From Tubulanus polymorphus (Eukaryota; Animalia; Nemertea), in NCBI RefSeq assembly GCF_964204645.1, contig NC_134025.1, forward strand, positions 28,996,299 through 29,060,298: a stretch of DNA of 64,000 nucleotides. Direction: 5' to 3'. The translations under genes and the position numbers were made by a program. The notes beneath the pieces are model-generated. The model was not told the DNA's origin. It made no database searches and saw only the letters and a list, made by a program, of their open reading frames with translations. Positions 56,101 to 64,000 of the stretch are shown in pieces. The stretch's first letter is position 1; each line of letters starts with the position of its first letter.

Positions 56101-59087
56101 CAATTGCCCGACAAATCTGTGTTAATGGATTCTATAAAGAAGTAGAAGTGATACTCGAAGCGATCCAATGCCACACTGCATACAAAATCAAGCAGGCCCA
56201 TTATAGACATACCCGCATATATACAAGACGTTTTTAAACTAATAATTCTGCTACAGGCCCGTGAAGTTTTACTTCAAATTAGTTCGATATTACCAATTTG
56301 ATTCTCGTAGCCGTACGATATTGCGCCTCTTCGCTCGCCGTCAAATTGATGCAGATCGCCGTAAAATTTTGCAATCATCGACCGAATTATGATTGCAACA
56401 CCCACAGTCGCGTTCGTTTCACTGTAAATATCTCCGACCGAAAAGATAATCAATGACCAGCCGTAGACCTTTATCCCTTTCAATTTAAAAATGAAAATTG
56501 AACACGGGACATAAATTACAGAAATTTTGAAGCGCATCAGTCTTCATCAATTCTTTCATCGTCTGATCGCGTGTTTATTATTTTCATGGCCTTGGCCTTC
56601 GTTGTTTTGATGGTGATTGATTGTTCGTCGACCCCCAGTAACCCTTAGTTACCGAACACCAGTCAAAGTCTAGCTGCCGGCTCAAACTAAGTCCATTTGA
56701 AAGATGAACGTATAACTTGTAACTTGTAATTATTTTTGACTGACAAATGGTTTAGAAATATAATATCTATATTTGTAAATTATATTACAGCAGAATTATT
56801 CAGAAATCCTTCATGCCAACGATGGTGCTTTCCGAATGCCATTAGAAAACAAGATTAACTTCAAATTTTTCAAAGTTGAAAACTTATACTAGTATCTCAT
56901 TACTAAAACTTCCATTCAATGCTCGCGTTTCTGTCCACATTTATGATGGCTATTTTCTTAGCAAAATATAACACGCTTCTGTCAGCGTGACGAGAAAGAT
57001 CTTATGATGGACTTGAGAATAATGCTGAAGGTTGCAATTGTGCAACAGGTGGAGATCAAAATTCACGAAGAGAGTTTAATGGAGATGAATCATGCGAAGG
57101 CTGAGTAACAGACTCCCATCTCTTTATTACCAGCTGATGAATGTTTAATTAATTACACCCACGGGTATAAATCTAATATTCAATGCCCGAATTCTTAAGT
57201 AGACTCATTTGATAACTCCTCAGTTTTCTTTGATTGTTAAATGACTCGTTCTTATGTCAAGTCGGTCTTTAATTGAGAGGAATATCTCATTCAGGATTCG
57301 TGTGTTCTACTCTGAAATGGTTATATCGGTAGGCACGTTTTCCGCATTCATTCTCTCGTTTCAGTTCTGGAAAAGCCTCCCTGGGAGCGATTCCACGTTC
57401 CAAGAGAGCAACAGGTTGACAAATAACATGTGTTTAATGAAGATGAAGCACGGCATCTGTTCATTCCACCGGCGATAACTAAGTTATATTAGACGTCGGC
57501 ACTCTGCGGTATTAGAATCCATCTGATTCGCGTCCTTCCAATGAGACCTGTGGGTTCTGAATTCTCTGCGGAGACGCGCATTATTCGGATTGAAAACGAA
57601 AAGCCAAGGTAATGTCGAGCAACTTGGCAATAATTTTATGCTCAAATCATGATGCTATTACCAGGATATATACAACGTTTTTATGCCTCCTTCGCGAAAG
57701 AGTCCGGAGTTCTATAACCTTGGCCTAGTACGTAGCAAACTGCCACGAACGGGATTAACCGTAAAATTCGAAATGTTCCCATTGGTTAAAGTCTGTAGTC
57801 AGTCTGTTAAACTGTACCCTGGGGTATACGTACATTACGTCTCGTCTCGATCGCAGTAAAAAGACGAGACCAGTATATACGTATCAGTATATATGTGTTG
57901 TCTATCGTAGGGATTATTCCGAAGCGCTCATAAACAGTTATTTTCATCCAACCAACAAAACTTCGACCAGAAATAGATTCTGAATATGTGGTTTGAGGAG
58001 TTTACGATTCGTTGTATTTTGTTTTTGAACTAATTTTGCCATCGACAACAACTACAGACCGCGTTTTGTAGATCTTTCCATCGCATTTGAGTCAATTTCC
58101 TTAAAAAGGAAGTCGCTTGCCGTCTTTTGTCATCCATTAAAAGGCTCGCAAGGTCAAGAAAGCAGCCACGGACGACTGCTACGTGATACGAATTACGATG
58201 CTTGATTATCCATAAGAAGCGAACCAATATACGTACAACAAATCAGGATGTACTGAAAACTGTTCTACATTCAATGCCTATGCTGCTGAGCAAAGACTCA
58301 TCGTTGATCGGGAGAAATTGATAACATGATTATCGAAAACAATAATTCATCTATTAGTAAGCTCTTCAATTCGGGGCTATAATCTAATGATTGCGTTGTG
58401 GGAAATTATTTCATGTTTAGCCTTCAGACTCTATCTGGCCAAGATAATAGAACACCGCTACAACCTCATAACAGCTCCAGTCCTATTGATGCCATAATAT
58501 TCAATAAAGTTCTGTCATAATTCAATCTCGCCTTATTTCAGCATTCATAGACCTCTCAACATAGCGTCCATACCGACTAGTTACACCGGGACAATATGTT
58601 TATAAATTGCTTTATCTGTCGTTTCAATGTTGCCGAGCAGCGAACCCTTCAGTAAAGCGACTTGCAAATGCGTCGTAGTCTAATTACTTCACGCGCAAAT
58701 CATGGCTTCATAAAACTCACTGTACAACTTTAGGGGTTTCACAATCTAAAACCGTGCATTTTAGTTTGAAAAACGGAACCACAAAGCGCTTATTTGATAA
58801 ACATAATCAGCGCGTATGTGGATTATTTTGTGATAAGTTATTACAGACAGAGGGATGACGATTTCATATCAAAACTAATCCTACCACCACGTGTCGGGGA
58901 TTTATCTGATGATTTTATTAAAATTGATTCTACAACCACCTGTCACACATACGAAGCGGGTGGTCACGTGATATAGATAAACAAGCCATACATTAGAAGG
59001 GTTAGCATGGTTGGCCATCGCTTGGGTAATGACTGGTCCAGAAAGTAGTCGCCCAACAACCCAGGGCTATGATGGCTGACTAACCGT

Positions 59088-59200
59088 CTGGACCCAGTTC
59101 CACAGTTCCGAGTTAAAGATTTGACTAGTTGAAGCATTGAAAATGAACTAGTTTCAACTGAGAGTTAACTCTAACTCACAGCTGTGGAACTGGATCCTGG
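59088..59200. mobile_element. MITE-like element with ccagttccacag/ctgtggaactgg terminal inverted repeats
   Basis: Clear TIRs and a second diverged copy at 43971-44115. Confidence 0.75.
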
Positions 59201-61419
59201 ATTCTCTACGATCCTTAACCTATCAATAAGGCAGAGTCAAACAAAATTTCTTTAAAATAGTTTCAAATATACATCATCTCTTCTCTCGTGTTGATGTGAT
59301 CTGCAACATTTTTTTTTTCGCCGTGCAGATGAGCAAGAGGGTAATTGGCGTGTGTCATGGTGTATGGCATAATTCGAGCCCTGTGCAGATACAGTTCGCG
59401 AGAAAATTGCAAACTTATTTCATAATTCCTGACCAAGTTACTAAGTGTTTTATTTGGAATATCATCTCCATAAAACCAGGTGTCAGTACCAGTTGTATAC
59501 GGTTTCCAGACACAATCTTCGTTAATGGAGTTAGCCATACTTCTAAAGCGCCCTTGCCTTCCATAATATCATCAGTTACAGTTGCTTTCAATCAACTTTG
59601 CTATCCTCAATTTGGTTAATTGGTCGGTCAATATATACCAATTAGTTTGTCGATGTTCTAAATCGTATATATAATTATTAGCATCCTGACGGACGCCAGG
59701 CAAATTCTGTGTGAAATCTCGACAACAGCCCGCTCAGGGCACTCGCATTTACTGCCTCATTTATGATGCGAGGCGGTCATGTTTAATAATTGATTCGTGA
59801 CGCGATGAAGTACCAGTAACAGCCGCCAGCTCTATCCAACACATTCTATACGACCCTACACAATGTAATGATGATTAGGAAAAGCAAAACACGGCTTTCT
59901 TTCGAACAGAGAATTACCATCGTGGATATTTCGATACTCAAATTGTTAATTTTCGATTTCGATAAAGAAATTTGATGTTAATCTTCGCCATTTTCCTTGA
60001 CTATCGAGTTCCCGAGTGAGTTGCTGTTTTCGACTTCGGAGTTCTAAGCCTACGGTAAAGAAGTCAATCTAAGACAGTTCGATACGATGCACTGTCGTCG
60101 TCAATAAAATGCCCGCTTAGTAAATCCAAACAATTTCGATTGCAGCATTACTTCCTGATCATTTGGTTAAACATCGTTACCTCGGTTAAATCCTCGAGAA
60201 CCCCGTGGTGGCCACGATTTTCCGATATTCGATTTTTACCCAGTTCTCGGTCCTGTTTTCCATCGGCTTAAACCTATTACACAAGCGCAATGAGGCAATT
60301 ACTAAAGAGCAAATAGACCGCCTTCAATGAGCCTGATAATCTTGTTATAAGACATCCTCTAGGGGGCAACTTAACAGGAAATTGTGCCGACATGGTATTT
60401 TCACATCAGTCGCGTCGCCGATAACAAATTTTTGCGAGTCTTGTGACAAGAAATTAGATTTGTTACCACATGGATATTCGCAGATTTGATGAAAATGCTG
60501 CCTCTGTGGCGAGAATTTAAATGTTTAATTTGAATGAACTCGACACACAAAGCAATGCAGATCAATCGGAATCTCAATGAAGGCGTTGGGTCTTTTGATT
60601 CTAGATAAGTAAGTTATGAAAGATGTAATTCAATGAACTCAGGACATACGCGTGGATTGGAATTTTCAGTTGTCTAATCGTAAGAAGCTCGTAGTGATAC
60701 TCTACAGAAAGAAGCATGCTGTTGAATGCTGTACAATGAAAGCTACCGGTGGTAAAATGTTGACTCAGCTTGGTATTACTGCAAATACTAAAAGATTGTC
60801 TCCTGCATCTCGGCAATTTTACGCCGACCACACGAGCTAAGACAACCGTAAACATTATTCGTCAATAATTCACCTGTCTGCGCCACAAGGTGTTTGAATG
60901 GTACGTCATTTTTAATAAAAAGGCCATCGCGCTGAGCTGATAAGTAACCTAAGTATATTTCCAGTGGGAGACCTTCATCAAGTGTCATAATCTCATGAAT
61001 ATTTCACGAATGATATTCTTTATATGTCTACGAAATATTTGCATGAAGATGGACAATAATACAAACGGAGTGAAGTGGTGGCAGTGACTCACTCTATACC
61101 TGATACGTGACCTGTGGAACGATGCTGAGTGGGTCTAGAATTTCCGTGATTACGTATAAAAAAAAGCACCGCCTGTTTTTCTGCCACCGGCGAAAACAAA
61201 TCGTTTTGAAGAATCATTTTGTCTTACCTTGTAACTGTTCCCTTCTTACATCCCATGAAGATCTCTCGTCGCGGAGAGCCGACCTGACCTGCTGCTGCTG
61301 CTACTGCCGCTGCTGCTGGTTCGATCCGCAAGAATTAACTGAATGTCAAAACTCGGCTAGAATTCTGACAAAATAAAGACTACGCGCATTACATAAGGCG
61401 GACTGTTCCTGATTCTTTT

Positions 61420-61433
61420 ATCGCCATAGCAAC
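61420..61433. promoter_or_regulatory. RFX X-box-like motif (ATCGCCATAGCAAC)
   Basis: Matches RYYNYY-AT-RRNRAC. CACGTG E-boxes nearby (~61450, ~61555) and a minus-strand AG|GTAAGA donor at 61228. Confidence 0.45.
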
Positions 61434-62955
61434 CAACAAAAGCAGTACCACGTGCCTCTTTTTCTTGACTACGGCACGAAATTGTCCGAAAAGGTCGACG
61501 ATTATTTTTTTTAATGAAAATAACAATCGCCATGTATACAGTGATTGATTCATCACGTGATGTTGTTTGTCGCGCAGACAGCGCTAGAGCGCAATCAAGT
61601 CTCTAACTCGGAGAGGTTCAAACAGCCAGCATCGTTTGAAATTGAATCTCAATCGATTCAACGGAAATGCGTCAGCTTCTAAAAACAATCATAATTCAAG
61701 TAGTTAATATATACATACTAACCGACATTCAGATAGCTGTCTATTTGATTCATCTTTGTTATCTTTACTTTATGAGAAATAAGCACGAGGGTACGCACGC
61801 GCTCGCGTTGGAGGACCAATGTTCAGGCCAATATCATCCAGAGGCCTATAGCTACGGTTTGAGTAACCAAGACCCTAATCCCAGTCAATCTCCATACGAT
61901 AGAACATTGCCTTATATTCTCAGAGTTCGTTAAAAATACGTTCAACGAACGAGCCCGTATATACATGTGTCATGTCACATATGTCTAAGTGACTTTCAAA
62001 TTCTGTCTCAGGTTTTCGATTCCATTAGTGTCGGAAGGATGTCGTACACACTTTTAACAACCGACGACGTAAAAGTCGATACCTTATACCTATACAGCGT
62101 CCTACACGTACAAAACATCGCCGGAAAAACTCAATTCTCTCAATTTTTAGGCCTGCGTTTGATAATAGAACTATTCAAATCACTCTCCGTCACATTAAAG
62201 GAAGCAAACGAAATTGAAATCAATCGGTTTTTGAAAGTTGAATTGTTGTTTATCTGTCAACGATAAAGAACGCTGTCGTTAACTGTGGCCTGTAGTTATT
62301 GGTTATGTGTTGTTGCCTCTTGGCGTTTTCGACACGGCGTAAATATGATTTGATTAACTAGATTTATTACAATAAACGACGGAAAGGGACTGGAATTCCC
62401 TGGAGTAAAATGCATCAAGTCCAACTACATCAGTATAACATCGGTAGAATTGACTTCGAGTAAGAAGACTAAGTGATACTTATCACACACTGAAACGATC
62501 TCGAACGTGTTTATTAGCATCGCGGGCGCAGTTAATGTATCAAATGTCCAAGTAGTTGATCCCGTGGGTTAGTTTTATAAAGGCACGGCTACGGATGCTC
62601 TATGTGCAATCTATACGGAAGAAATGACTCCGCAATTTCATAAACTAACAGTGATTTATCTTTGAACACCGACTCCGGATTATCACCGTAACCATATTCA
62701 ACGGTTTTTCGAAATTCTTTTAAGACGCGTTCTTTTTGTAAAAGTAGTGTAACGTAAGTTTCTAGCCCTATTCCGGACACTGCTGGTGTAAGATTATTCT
62801 GGAATTAGTTCGTTTCTGGTAAATACTTGATTTTGAAGTAATATCACGTATCGGCGAGATTGCCTTGAGATTATTAGGGTAACGAGAAGTTTTGTCAACA
62901 ATACACAGTTTTTATTATAAAGATGGCAACTGAATACTAATTAGGCACGCGCCTG

Positions 62956-63311
62956 ATATACGTCATCCTCCCTCTGCAGGGACTCGAACCTGATAGCATC
63001 GCTACACTCAGCCACGGCACGAACCCCTGCATCAGTAGACCGGGTGCGCAGGTACATGCGCAGCTTTTCGAACGAAAACTGGCGGCACCAATCAGATTGC
63101 TCGTTGTATAATCGTTGAGGCAAATTTCAAGGAAGAACTATAAATGGGAAAACCCGGGCTAAAATAAAACGGGATTTCTGATTGGCTAAAAATCACATCA
63201 TCTGAACTGCGCATGTATCTGCGCACACGGTCGATTATGGCAGGGTTTCTTCGTGCCGTGGCAATCTCGATGCCATTAGGTTCGAATCCCTGCCGGGGGA
63301 GGATGGATATA
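62956..63311. repeat. Imperfect inverted repeat (~140-bp arms) of a CCAAT / TGCGCA-TGCGCA / B-box tRNA-like unit
   Basis: Arms 62956-63096 and 63177-63311 align as reverse complements. GGTTCGAATCCC at 63279-63290 and GGTTCGAGTCCC on the minus strand of the left arm. Confidence 0.75.
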
Positions 63312-63454
63312 CGTACGTACTCATTTGTAAACAATGTTCTTCTTTTAGTCAGCGTTCATAGAAAAAAACCCGTATTCGCTGTCACGTGTTGAGAAGAGAT
63401 TTAAATTGACGGTTTCGCGGCGAGGTTTATCATTATAACCAGCTCGCTCTTGAC

Positions 63455-63667
63455 TTAAATCCGTGAAATCACTCGGAAATGATTATATTTCGACGGTGAT
63501 TCATCTTTTGAATCTTGGCTCGGATACAAATCGAAAGCCTGTACGACTGTGATATCAAAGATTCTCATATAGTTAAGAATGTTATCTAATTTTATGCCCA
63601 ACGATTTTTCGTGCGTTGAATCCAGCGATTCGACGTCTTTGCCATCGTTTATCCTTTTTTCATTCAT
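63455..63667 (-). pseudogene. Possible decayed LINE (CR1/L2-like) reverse-transcriptase C-terminal fragment
   Basis: VESLDSTHEKSLGIKLDNILNY resembles the LINE ORF2 motif V.SEK.LGI.ID..L.W; short and degenerate. Confidence 0.3.
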
Positions 63668-64000
63668 TCTAGTGCGATGAAACGCATCCCGTAGAAAATG
63701 GATTTGAAGCCGATTCCATTTCTAGTCAGTATAGTGTTAACGACTTAACTCCACAAAACCCAATCTCCGAATCCGATTAGTAGTGATTCATAACATGAAC
63801 AAACAAAAACCATGAATGTATAAGACGAACAACGAACACCGAAGACAAAAATTGAGAATAAAACAGAGGTTGAAGCTTCCATAGCACAGGTTTGACTTAT
63901 TATCAAAATAAACATTAGAATGCCATCGAGGATGCGCCCCATAACAAATCGATATAGAATGAAAAAAGGCTATGATGGCTGAGTGGATATTCAATCAACT

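Noticed and set aside
59540-59565. MEGKGALE on the minus strand resembling the paralog A start MEGEGALE
   Set aside because: Similarity ends after 8 codons and no TM region follows; probably chance.
63248-63294. Functional tRNA-Glu(CTC)
   Set aside because: No D-arm, mispaired T-stem and too short; treated as tRNA-like only.

Overview
AT-rich animal genomic DNA with spliceosomal GT-AG introns (probably a marine invertebrate; taxon is inferred). About 0.5-15.8 kb (+) is a compact, roughly 40-exon Kielin/chordin-like (KCP-type) gene: coiled coil, about 32-33 tandem VWC repeats, VWD (GDPH, CGLCG), C8 and TIL; its 5' start is unresolved. Converging on it (-) is a three-exon, 189-aa globin with an MGC N-terminal acylation motif and B12.2/G7.0 introns (17190-26737). 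Two paralogous single-coding-exon four-TM CD20/MS4A-like genes follow (-, 30161-30838 and 37802-38464). The last ~25 kb is mostly non-coding. It holds (TA)n tracts, MITE-like palindromes, a perfect 79-bp inverted repeat around a Penelope-type minimal hammerhead core, decayed LINE-like fragments, a candidate X-box promoter/first exon at ~61.3 kb, and an inverted pair of CCAAT/NRF1-like/B-box tRNA-like units at ~63 kb. All exon calls were made by eye.
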